Below are positions 26,540-37,778 of a stretch of 64,000 bases of DNA, in pieces (the stretch's first letter is position 1; every line of letters starts with the position of its first letter). The notes under the pieces were generated by a model that ran no database searches, was not told where the DNA came from, and saw nothing but the letters and a program-made list of their open reading frames with translations. Location of the stretch: the NCBI RefSeq assembly GCF_964204865.1, contig NC_135252.1, positions 3,720,001 to 3,784,000 of the forward strand. Direction: 5' to 3'. The stretch is from Styela clava. Taxonomy: Eukaryota. A program made the position numbers and the translations under genes.

Positions 26540-28700
26540 AAACAAAATTTTGAAATGCTAATCATATTGAGAAACAATACACAAAATATATTTCAACGTA
26601 TCACCATTCCGATTGCTTAGTGTGGATTATTATTTTGAAAAGGTAGTGTGGTATATAATGGTATAACTAAATATGAAAGTGCTAATAATATTGAGAAACA
26701 ATAAAAAAAATTATATCTACGCAGAATGTAACCGCAAAATAAAATTCGGAAATGCCAATAATATTGAAAAAATATCACACGAACTTCATCTCAAATGTCC
26801 ACCTATCCGGCCTTTCAAGTTATACTAATAAGTGTAAATGGGAATTCTGGTATGTCATTAATGAAGACAAACATCACACAAATTGGATTTCAAATGTTCA
26901 TCTATCTGGTCACTCAAATGTGGCACGTAATTGAAAATGAACACCAGCCCTATTGAGAAACATTACACAAAATATATCTCAAAGGTCCACCTATCCGACC
27001 ACCTAAGGTTGGCATACAACATTGAAAGAAGATTCTTAAAGCATATTGAGAAACATTGCACAAAATATATTTCAAATGTTCACCTATCCGGCCATTTAAG
27101 TGTGGAATACAACAATTGAAAGAAGATTCTTAAAGCATATTGAGAAACATCGCACAAAAATATATTTCAAATGTTCACCTATCCGGCCATTTAAGTGTGG
27201 CATACAACAACTGAAAGAAAATTCCTAAATCATATTGAGAAACCATTACACGAAGAAAAATATCTCAAATGTCCACCTATCCGACCACCTATGTGTGGCA
27301 TACAGCAATTGAAAGAAGATTCGTAAAGCATATTGAAAAACATTACACGAAATATATCTCAAATGTTCACTTATACGACCGCTTAAGTGTCGCACACAAC
27401 AATTAAAATGAAAACTCTGAAATCATATTGAGAAACATTGCACAAAATATATTTCAAATGTTCACCTATCCGGCCATTTAAGTGTGGCATACAACAATTG
27501 GAATGAAAATTTTGAAATCATATTGAGAAACATTATACAAATTATATCTCAAATGTCCACCTATCCGGCCACCTAAGTGTGGCAAAAGAGTGAAATGAAA
27601 ATTCCGAAATCATGTCGAGAAACATCACACAGGGTATATCTCAAATATCCACCTATCCGACCACTTAAGTGTGGCATACAACAATTAAAATGAAAACTTT
27701 GAAATCATATTGAGAAACATTGCACAAATCATATCTCAAATGCCCACCTATCCGGCCACCTAAGTGTGGCCTACAAAAATTGAAATGAAAATTCTGAAAT
27801 CATATTGAGAAACATTGCACAAAGTATATCCCAGATGTCCACCTATCCGGCCACCTAAGTGTGGCCTACAAAAATTGAAATGAAAATTCTGAAATCATAT
27901 TGAGAAACATTATACAAAGTATATCTCAAATGTCCACCTATCCAGCCACCTAAGTGTGGCAAAAAATTGAAATGAAAGTTCCGAAATCATGTTGACAAAC
28001 ATTACACAAGGTATATCTCAAATATCCACCTATCCGACCTCTTAAGTGTGGCATACAACATTAAAATAGAAACTCTGGAATCATATCGAAAAACATTGCA
28101 CAAATCATATCTCAAATGCCCACCCAATGTCGGATAGACCACCTAAGTGTGGCATAAAAAAATTGAAATGAAAACTCTGAAATCATATTGAGAAACATTG
28201 CACAAAGTTTATCCCAGATGTCCACCTATCCGGCCACCTGAGTGTGGCCTACAAAAATTGAAATGAAAATTCTGAAATCATATTGAGAAACATTACATAA
28301 AGTGTATCTCAATAGTCCACCTATCCGACCACCTAAATGTGGCACAAAACAATAAAATGAAAACTCTGAAATCATATTGAGAAACATTGCACAAAGGATA
28401 TCCCAAATGTCCACTTATCCGGCCACCTAAGTGTCGCATACAAGAATTGAAATGAAAATTCTGAAATCATATTGAGAAACATTACACAAAATATATCTCA
28501 AATGTCCACCTATCCGACCACCTAAGTGTCGCATAAAACAATTAAAATGAAAGCTCCGGAATCATATTGAGAAACATTACACAAAATACATACCTCAAAT
28601 GTCCACCTATCCGACCATTCAAGTATGGCAAACAAAAAAAATTAAATAAAATCTGAAATCATATTAAGATACATTACACAAAGTATATCTATATTGAGAA
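26540..28700. repeat. Tandem satellite with ~95-bp monomer; ~18 well-conserved copies in 26950-28690 and degenerate flanks
   Basis: Monomer aatcatattgagaaacattgcacaaaatatatctcaaatgtccacctatccggccacctaagtgtggcatacaacaattgaaatgaaaattctga; for example copies start at 27421 and 27516. Confidence 0.95.
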
Positions 28701-29320
28701 ATAATACAGAAAATATATCGCAAATCGTTATCTACTCAGCTACGTATAAGTGTGTCATGTAAATGCAAAATGATATTTTGGAATGGCACTAATATTCAGC
28801 AGCATTCAAAGAAAATTTCAACCATCCGACCATTTCAGAAGATAAGATAAAACACGACATTCTGAAAAAATATCGAGAAACATTACACACAATATATCCC
28901 AAATGTTCAATTTTGTGACACTTCCAGTGAGGCCTATAAACTCGAAACGAAATTTTGCCACGTCAATTAAAATGAGTTACGTCTACCTATCAGGGCGCTC
29001 AAGTATAGCAGTGATTATACAGTCAACTATACAGGCGATCAACATGAAACTATTGAACCCCAATATCAATTTAAAATCTTTGCACAATATATATACAATA
29101 TTTGCATCAACTCGGAATACAAAAACATGATTGCTATTTTGAATATAATTAGAGAGTAAAAATGTATGCCAAGTATGTATACAAATGTGGATATGCCCAC
29201 TAGATTAAGTTGTTGGGGAGTGACAAAATTATGCTTACTGCCGGTTCATCTTTATGAATTATACAATGATGTCTGAAAGCTTCACAATAAACTTCTCGCA
29301 AGATATACAAGGCCGTGCAA

Positions 29321-29607
29321 TTATTACTTATCGATCTTAAGATCGGTAAGTGTGTCGGTAGGTATTTGTCTGTCTGTCTGTCTGTTAGATGAACGCAATA
29401 TTTCACGAAGGCGAGGTTGAATCTGCTCCAAATTTTGCATGTGCATTCATCATATCTCGGACATGAAGCCATTTTGGATGAATTATGTCGTCTGATTAGC
29501 GAGTTATTAATTAATTAGTGATGGGACACGCGGTGTCACTATAGAGTCATAAATCGAAACCACATTTTCGAACGATACGTCTTCGGTCTCCGACCGATAT
29601 TCTCGTT
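29321..29607 (+). mobile_element. HINE/DINE-1-like non-autonomous Helentron-type element, copy 1
   Basis: 5' subTIR acttatcgat with nearby inverted partner atcggtaagt; (TCTG)n microsatellite; degenerate 3' subTIR; 3' hairpin tcggt-ctccg-accga; T-rich ends with no TSD. Confidence 0.75.
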
Positions 29608-30171
29608 TTTCTTTTTCACGTTTCTTTTCTGGTTTGCGTTTATTTAGAAGCTTATTTTGGGAATTGATTTACAGACTTTTTTTTCCATATATATGGTTTT
29701 CTTTGAAATCACTTACAATGCTTATTGAAAGTGATTCTGAAGATGGTGCGGTATAGTCTGTTGACTCATCTGAAACTTTGGTCAAAAATACATGCATAAG
29801 TCACAAAACATCATCACAGTGTTTTGGTCCAATTCAGAATTACGGTACTCTTGATTGATCGAACAAACGAAATGTTTGAAATGGGGAATTGCATTATTAC
29901 TCAAATAAACCAGAGTTTCCAAACGGGTGCACTACAATTATTCGTAGATAGCTGCGCTATTTGTGATGGGCTACAAGATATATATATATATTATGATTTG
30001 GGTATTATCATTCATTGGTAACAATTTGAGATATTCAATAAAAACAAGCATAGCAAACTCCTTTAGTCGCCTTCTGGCACAGCTTTCTCCGAATCACTAC
30101 CCGCGTTTCCGTCTGCCAAGTTCTAAAACGTAGACCATCTCGTTGGAGAGTCACCTACATGTGAACAAAAA

Positions 30172-30302
30172 TACAGCCCAGTAAATAACTAGGTAAGGAT
30201 GGTAAAATACCACAGGGATATGTGCCAAATCACAAAACAGCCCAGTAAATAAATAGATAAGGATGGTAAAATAACACAGGGATATGTGCCAAATCACAAA
30301 AC
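30172..30302. repeat. Direct tandem duplication of ~65 bp
   Basis: acagcccagtaaataa.tag.taaggatggtaaaata.cacagggatatgtgccaaatcacaaa occurs twice, with 3 mismatches. Confidence 0.9.
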
Positions 30303-32398
30303 AAAATTGCTTGCAATGCAATTCTTCGAAACTGTTTACCGAAGATAAAATATTTTAATATGAAGCGGTGTATTATATGTTTTTATTTATACCAAGCTAT
30401 ACAAACCTATACTGAGTGGCGTCAACTTGACTATGACTTACGAACGCAAACCCAGTCGTAGCATTATTTTGGTGTTCAGATCAGAACTACGACCAGTATA
30501 GGCACAGCAGTATCAGTAGTCTATATTTTGATAATCTGGATCACGTGAAAAATCTTAACACCAAACATATAGATATTAAGAATCGTTATGACTAGTTACC
30601 TTATCCGATGAGTGATGATTTCCAGCAGCATTCCTCGGTGACGTTTAAAACCTTGTTTCAAGTTATTATGACTCGAATTTAATTCACTGGGTAAACTATA
30701 ACACCTGACACAAAAGGCTTGGATCGCTTCTCTAAACACAACTGTTCCTTTTTATCTAAATTGATGCAATCACGCACTCATGAAGATCCCAATCCCCTCA
30801 CGGCGTCCAGGCTATTCGCCAACAAAACGGCGAACGTGGTAAAAAAGTTCTCGGCGAAACGATAATTTTGCTATTGCGACACAAAGCCTCTTTAGTACGG
30901 AGTTGTGAATTGAGGTCCTTTTCATTTTATTGAGCTTTTATAGAAAAAAACAGAACGGACGACGTTCATGTTCTGCCTGGTTATTGTATCAAAATTATCA
31001 AACCTACTCTTCAAAAATCGTAAAGACATATACCAGACAATTAAAAGATTTTTCCATAAACAAAATGTCCACTTAATGTACGAAAATTATACCCGTTGAT
31101 TATAAACCAGCAGAACTACTGTCCCCTTAAAGTTGGCGAAAATATTCAGACATTTTGAAAATATTGAAAAAACATATAGTTTTTGATACTGTTTATCAGA
31201 GAAAAAAAGATTTCAGCAAAAAAATCGCAAAACGTTTCAATTATGGAACGTGGAATAATTAAGCGGACAGGAAAATGTCTACCCAATTTTTCCGTCTACA
31301 TAACTGTCGCTTTTTTAGCACGGTATGTCTACTTAACTACCGTATTAGATATATATGTACTATATATACACTATTACACGCCACAGTCTCTCTCATTTAT
31401 GTTTTTCACAACTGTGTCATATAAATATCTATGCTTAATAATTTTAATACATTTAAACTATTACTTCCCAGAAAACAAAAAACACTTATATAGTACACTG
31501 GTAGACGTGCAATTATTTCATGGAAGACGTAAACAAACACTTGACTGTTATACTTCAAATCATTAAAATTCTGTGTTAAATAGAACAATATTTTTCCCAT
31601 ACAGTCGTGAACGTACATAATCATTGTAGATATTGAATATGTCATTGACCGCACCCAGGACATTTACAACCATAAACATTTGCACCCACAGCCGTTTACA
31701 CTCGCGACTATGTTTCATTTTTTTATTGAATATATATTTACCCTGATATAATAATTTTCTTTTACGGATCAGGACCTTCAATGCATTCGCCTTTCATACC
31801 CAGACTATGCCGACGGAAGTTTTATGGATCATTCTCTTCATAATAGAGATCAGCATTTTATATACCACGTAAATGAGGTAGACTTCCTTTCATCACATAT
31901 GTGGGATGTTATTATCAAAGTTGTTGGGTTTTTATGCCAGGCGCTTGATACGAGTGATTTTAGAGGCCGAATTACTAAATGTCCACATTGTCCAGGGAAG
32001 CGATCAGAGGGGTTAGTTTGATAGAGAAATTGGATTTTATGGGGTCCGAAACTATGTAAGTCACAATTATTTTTTCCTATTTCCAATGGTTTTGTTGTGT
32101 ACTGATGGTATCGAAGATTCTGAAGTTATATCCTCTCTATTTCGTTTCAATTTGTCCGGGTTTGATGGTGGCACGTGACTTTCCAAGTTTGCTGGTGCCG
32201 ATGAAATTCTGATATTATTTAACGTAAGATGAAAAAAGAGAAAGGTATGCGCTTAATTTAAACTTGTGCTCTTGTGTCATAGTTGTGTATGCCGTCGCGT
32301 GTTGTTTTTCACTTTTCGAGGTCTCACTTGAAAAATGTCGACGGGTGGAAATTCAAATGAATTTCATTTAGGTTTATTTTCATTATTATTATTTATAA

Positions 32399-32714
32399 GA
32401 GGGGTGTGCAACCTGCGGCCTACAAGGAAAGGTGCCAATTTTTAATGGTTTACGGCGCGCGGAACGATTTTTTAATGAAGTTTAATCCGATATGAACAAT
32501 TTCAATCCTTTGCGTTGAGTCCAATTTAGGATCTATGCCTATGACGTTTCAATGCCCGAACAGCTAGCTTGTGCGAGGGACGCATATCATAAGATCAATA
32601 AACACAAATTTTGTCTTGCAACTATTAGAAAGCCCATGTTAAATAAAAGTGCGGCCCGCTGTTTCACTCCGTTATTTTTTTTTATCTCTCCTGTATTTAT
32701 GGTTCCACACCCCG
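32399..32714. mobile_element. hAT-like MITE
   Basis: Ends ggggtgtgcaacc / ggttccacacccc with GCGGCC subterminal motifs; TSD not clear. Confidence 0.55.
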
Positions 32715-34096
32715 GATTCATAACATTAGGATGATAGTCGCTCGGCAGTACATTGCTTCATTTACTACGCATACTTGTCCAAAGGGCCGAAGTTCCCCAA
32801 AACTAACTCAAATGAACCATAAATGAAATGAAGAAATGAATTTGGTTTTATTTTATTTTTTATAATTTTCAATCTCTACCCAAATTGTCACGCTATGCTG
32901 AACACGCGAGATATACCCAGAATTATGCTAATGATTTACATAGTTATTTAGCGCGTTTTTCTCGCAGTGGGTTGGAGCCACGTCTCTGTGGTCGTGTGTG
33001 TGTGTGCCCGTATTGACCTTGCATGTGCAATATTACACAGTCTCTACTTATTCACAAGCGGGATTGAACAATACCGTTGTTTGAATAACAACCCCACTCT
33101 TTATTTTACAATATTCTATGAAACGGTTGACTGGGTATGGTCCTTTGTCTTCTAGGTGTTTACTTCCCCTTACGTTATATGCCTTGGAATTTCATTTGAA
33201 CATTTCGGGTTGGCGAAGGTTCGCATTCTTCTGCGATCAGACTGGAAGACAATCTGTAGTTAGTAGAACGACAAGAATAAATAGTGCCGTGCACAGTGAC
33301 AAAACCGTAAATTAGATGCTGGATGAGTGAAATTTGCCATTTTTTATGTATTTAAGATTTTTATTGTGGATAGCTTCGAAGAAAATGTTTAGTTTCAAAT
33401 TCGTATATATTTTAAATAAAGGGGCCAAAAATGCACTCATATTCTTCCTTAACCTATAGTTTACATGTAGTCATATGACACAAATTTGGATTTACGCATT
33501 TATATAAAAACTTACAGTCAGCAAAGTTCGGATCTATTTTAGTCGTTGCAGGTGGATTTATCTCAAGTTTCTAACTTGAAAAATCAATTACGAGTGTTTT
33601 AATATCAGTATTAACGCTAATGGTAATGTCAGTTTGATTGGATGCACGTAAAGCACTGCTCTTATTTGTTGAATTTTTGTCCGAATAGCCTCTCGATTTC
33701 TGTTTTGAAATCATAATGAAATGTATACGTTGTGTATTTTTTTGAAAAAAAATTTTTATTTACAAAATAGAAGGTACCGGTAGATATTTACACTGCGAGC
33801 AAATCTTTTTCTCGTAAATATCTACCATGGGATGCGAAACCACAGTAGCTTTTCAGTAACGTGATGGAAAGTGTGTTATCGTCACGACGCGCTCGCTATT
33901 TCACTTATTTAATATGATTTCAATTTGTATGGTGCCTCAGTGATAGCTTGCAGCAAATGTAATGAAGTCCCACTTTTAGACGAGTGTTAACGACCTCGAT
34001 TTGAGATATCCAACGGACTACAATATCAACTCGAATTTGAATAACGTCATTCCAATTATTTAAATTAAACCAATCATGAAATAACTATATGTATAT

Positions 34097-36451
34097 ATGC
34101 CTTATACTATACACAGCTTTGATACTAAAACTAGCATGGATTCGGATCATTTATTGAATGATCTGGAGGCAATACCTGATGAAAAAATATCCGACGAGGA
34201 GTACGAGTGCGCGAACGATCTACAGCGACTTTGTACAAATTTTGGTGTAGAAGAAGAATGCAATTTAATAGCTTCCGCTGACGTGATTTTACGACTGGGA
34301 AAAATATATTTGGCGAAAGCGCGTTATAATGGTGTTCCAATACTTCAGAAACTGTCGTTCATAAAGTGCTGTGCACTATTGAATGGTGCAAGAGTTAGGT
34401 TCGAGATGAAACAAGCACATGACAAAGTAGAAAGTACAAATAAGCTACTTGATCAGTTCAGCGATCGATTATTAGATGCATGTAACGCACGGAAGAGGGA
34501 TAAAACTCTTCGTCTCATTTCGTGTGAAATTGCAGAAACTCTCAAGAAAATGAGAGCAGAATCCAAAGAAAATTTGTTTCGAATTAGTCCCAATGACGGC
34601 GAAGGAACGCACGAAAAAGAAAATATACTTATTTCAGAAGTCCAGAATTTATATTCTGATATCACTCAAATGTATAAAAGCCTCATGATAAAAATAACAG
34701 AGATCTGCATTGACATATTGGGTGAACCGCCCTGTAAATTCTGCCAGGTAGGGCTCGGTTCGATGGCTCGGGAAGAGATAACTTTATACTCTGACTTCGA
34801 ACACGTCATTATTCTTCAAGACGATATTGAGAAAGATGTTATCAGATATAAACACGCTAAAAACTACTTTAGATGGTTCGCCGTACTATTTCAATCCATA
34901 ATAATAGGCTTAGGTGAAACTTTTATTCGGAGTGTTGGCGTGAAATGCATTAACGACCTTTACAGTGGAGACCGCTCGAAAAATTGGTATTTTGATAATT
35001 TGACTCCCTGCGGTATTTCTTTTGATGGAATGGTTCCACATTCATGCATGAATCCATTAGGGAGACAGATTGCAACAAAAGCGAGAAAACATAAAGTTGA
35101 GTTGATTCAACCCGCAAAAAAGATGGCAAATTTTCTCACAACTGACGAACATGTGAAAAACGGTTACTATATGAAGGATATTTTAACAAGAACTTGCTTG
35201 GTTTACGGCGAAAGACAAGTATACGAGTCTTTTCGCTCTGCATCTCAAAAAATTCTTTTTCTAGAAGACACGTTAGTAGTTGTTGAGGATTCTTTGAATA
35301 AGATTACAGACAATTGCAACGAGTTCATTCGTGGGGCAAGAATGAGCCTACACTCGGAGGTATTCAATGCAAAAGTCACCTTCTACAGGCCTATTACTGC
35401 CTTATTGGCGTATCTGGGACGAATTTGCGAGATAGATGAGTCATCCAGTTTCAACATCGTTACTGAACTGTGTATAAATGGAATGATTCCGAAAAAAGTG
35501 GCTCACAAGATTCGTTATGCTGTTGCAGTTTCCTGTAAAATGCGAATGAAATCATATGTAGTTTCTGGTAACCAACGACACTCCTCACATGAAGCAATAC
35601 TTGACGAAATTGGAGAAAATGACTCATGGAAATGCTACAGGGTAATACAGTATCTTCACATTGCATTGCTTATTATTATGAAAGCTACCAGCGAACACGA
35701 TAATTGGCCTGAGAGATTAGAACAATTTAACACCGATTTCTTCGCTGATAATATTACAGAAGATGTTTTCAAACTCGTTGAGCTGGGCGAGTTCGAAAAA
35801 GCAGCCAGCGTAGGCGAAAAACACCTATATTTGATGAATAAAAAGCGAGATTATTTAAAATTATGTTGGCATTTGGTGGATTGCTATCGTCATTTAGCTA
35901 AGAAATACGAGGATAAACAAGATGAATACTTTACCAAACTCATTAACATATGTGAAAAAGTAATTCCAGATCCAGACTTGCCAGATGCTCCAAAAGGAGA
36001 CTTCTTATACACTTTGGCAGTAGCTTTGAAATACAAAGGAGAATTTGAATGTGCTGCTCGTGCATGTTGTGACTTTTTTGTATTGTGTCGTGAAAGCAGC
36101 GTCGCAAGGAAGGAACATGCGAACAATTATCCCAAAATGCTCAAGAGAGAAATTAAAATGAGATTGCAGTATATGGATCCTACCAAACTGCTACTCTACC
36201 TTCGAGCTCTCATGTTGGTAGAAGAAAAGAAAACAACTCGGATTATTATACGATTTGGAATTGCCCAGACGGAAATTCGTTTGGGAAACATGCCTATTGC
36301 AAAACATATGTTGGCCTCTCTGGTGGGAGATTTTCGAGACAATTCTCGAGAGACTCTCGATTTGGTGAACACCCTCGATCGTGTAGCTTTATTGCAAGAA
36401 TCTCAAGGATGGATGGAAGATTCTCTTATTGCTTTAGAGCAATTAGCGTAG
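34097..36451 (+). CDS. Pol-beta-fold nucleotidyltransferase (GlnD/GlnE/DUF294-like) with helical substrate-binding region and TPR-like repeats; N-terminal part of an interrupted ORF
   Basis: 784 aa. Motif PPCKFCQVGLGSMAREEITLYSDFEHVIIL fits hG[GS]x9-13Dh[DE]h. TPR-like helices follow, e.g. FLYTLAVALKYKGEFECA. Confidence 0.75.
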   Translation: MPYTIHSFDTKTSMDSDHLLNDLEAIPDEKISDEEYECANDLQRLCTNFGVEEECNLIASADVILRLGKIYLAKARYNGVPILQKLSFIKCCALLNGARVRFEMKQAHDKVESTNKLLDQFSDRLLDACNARKRDKTLRLISCEIAETLKKMRAESKENLFRISPNDGEGTHEKENILISEVQNLYSDITQMYKSLMIKITEICIDILGEPPCKFCQVGLGSMAREEITLYSDFEHVIILQDDIEKDVIRYKHAKNYFRWFAVLFQSIIIGLGETFIRSVGVKCINDLYSGDRSKNWYFDNLTPCGISFDGMVPHSCMNPLGRQIATKARKHKVELIQPAKKMANFLTTDEHVKNGYYMKDILTRTCLVYGERQVYESFRSASQKILFLEDTLVVVEDSLNKITDNCNEFIRGARMSLHSEVFNAKVTFYRPITALLAYLGRICEIDESSSFNIVTELCINGMIPKKVAHKIRYAVAVSCKMRMKSYVVSGNQRHSSHEAILDEIGENDSWKCYRVIQYLHIALLIIMKATSEHDNWPERLEQFNTDFFADNITEDVFKLVELGEFEKAASVGEKHLYLMNKKRDYLKLCWHLVDCYRHLAKKYEDKQDEYFTKLINICEKVIPDPDLPDAPKGDFLYTLAVALKYKGEFECAARACCDFFVLCRESSVARKEHANNYPKMLKREIKMRLQYMDPTKLLLYLRALMLVEEKKTTRIIIRFGIAQTEIRLGNMPIAKHMLASLVGDFRDNSRETLDLVNTLDRVALLQESQGWMEDSLIALEQLA

Positions 36452-36478
36452 ACTCCTTTTATTAAAGAAGAACAAAAA

Positions 36479-37711
36479 ATGTCAGTTGATCGTCGTATAC
36501 TGGAAATGCTGGTAAAACTACAACGCTGGGGTAAAGGAGTAAATTATATCAAAATGTATATGACTACGCTTTCCATAGAAAATAACTATGATCTTGTTGA
36601 GGCATTTAAACCGACTAAACAGAGTACACCGGGAGATTCAATGCTGAATAGTCGCAATATAGATGTTGGTCGTAAAAGCGCGAAAGGGTTTTTTCCTGGC
36701 GATGTACCTAATTTTTATGAAGTAGAACGGCATCTCACAAACGAATTTGAGAATAAGGCGGAATTTGAAAAGACGGGCTCACCCGCTGATGCGGTCGTGA
36801 AAATGATCAACTCCATTCCAAAGGATTACATGGAACTCAGTCAGCTACAACATTACAGCACATTGACAAGAATATTAATTTTATTAGGACAGTATGGTTA
36901 CCTTTTATTGAAAAACAATATTGAATGTCTGGCAAAGCTTGCCAATCTAATGGTTCTTGAACATTCTGAATATGTAGCTACTCTTTGGAGAATCATTCAA
37001 GACGTTGAATACGACCAAGCAAAAAAGTGTGATGCAGTGAGATATTTTTTAGATTACGTTTCAAAGAACTTGAAATCATCTAAGACAGTTACACGGAAAT
37101 CTCCAGAAATTGTTTTGAAAGATCACTTGGATGCCGCTACGATTGAAACATCCGCCTTGGCACTGATAGAAAATGCAAATAAGTGTATTGATAAGTGCAA
37201 GAATCAAACAGAAAACTTAGAATACTACAATCGAGTCTATGCCCAAATGCTTTCATTTGTGCTTCTTCGAATCGGAATTTCTGAATTTGACGAAGTAATA
37301 CTTATGCTGTTGGACGCACCGAATGACATACTTGAAGATGTGGTATTGAAAGAGAGCCTACTGATTTATTTCAGAACGTTTTTTGATGAGGCGCTGAAAA
37401 AGTTGAGCAAACAATATGACGAAGTTTGTGTTCGCAGATTGTCCATAGTGATGGAATTGATGTCACAAAATCTTGATGCCAGTGTTTTTTCCGCTGTGTC
37501 TGCAGTTCAAAAATCTGTGATTGAAATATCTGAGAAAGTGAAAAACGACAAGGACGGCCACTTTGTCGATCTTATCGATAATTTTTCTGAAATTGGCACA
37601 TTAAAAAATGAGGAATACGCTCCGATATTATGGAAGATAATAAACCGCGAATTATCTTCGAAAAAAAGGTCAAAAGCAATCTACTACTTGATCAATATTT
37701 TGGAAACTTAA
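36479..37711 (+). CDS. All-helical C-terminal continuation of the NTase-TPR gene (same frame, after a single TAG)
   Basis: 36479-34097 = 2382 (a multiple of 3); the nine intervening codons after the TAG are open (TPFIKEEQK). Confidence 0.65.
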   Translation: MSVDRRILEMLVKLQRWGKGVNYIKMYMTTLSIENNYDLVEAFKPTKQSTPGDSMLNSRNIDVGRKSAKGFFPGDVPNFYEVERHLTNEFENKAEFEKTGSPADAVVKMINSIPKDYMELSQLQHYSTLTRILILLGQYGYLLLKNNIECLAKLANLMVLEHSEYVATLWRIIQDVEYDQAKKCDAVRYFLDYVSKNLKSSKTVTRKSPEIVLKDHLDAATIETSALALIENANKCIDKCKNQTENLEYYNRVYAQMLSFVLLRIGISEFDEVILMLLDAPNDILEDVVLKESLLIYFRTFFDEALKKLSKQYDEVCVRRLSIVMELMSQNLDASVFSAVSAVQKSVIEISEKVKNDKDGHFVDLIDNFSEIGTLKNEEYAPILWKIINRELSSKKRSKAIYYLINILET

Positions 37712-37722
37712 AATACAGAACT

Positions 37723-37778
37723 AATCGAAACCGCAGTTTCGATCGATAAGCCTTCAGTCTCCGACCGATATTCTCGTT
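37723..37778 (+). mobile_element. Isolated 3' terminus of the HINE/DINE-1-like family
   Basis: aatcgaaaccgcagtttcgatcgataagccttcagtctccgaccgatattctcgtt matches 29552-29607. Confidence 0.8.

Noticed and set aside
26950-28690. CRISPR-like array
   Set aside because: The whole 95-bp unit repeats with no unique spacers, there are no cas genes and the context is eukaryotic; it is a satellite.
31750-33340. Coding-looking minus-strand stretches upstream of the NTase gene
   Set aside because: All frames are interrupted and no domain is recognisable, so a gene cannot be supported.
34097-37711. Lack of introns as proof of horizontal transfer or bacterial contamination
   Set aside because: Several bona fide host genes here are also intronless, base composition is similar, and the flanks carry host repeat families.
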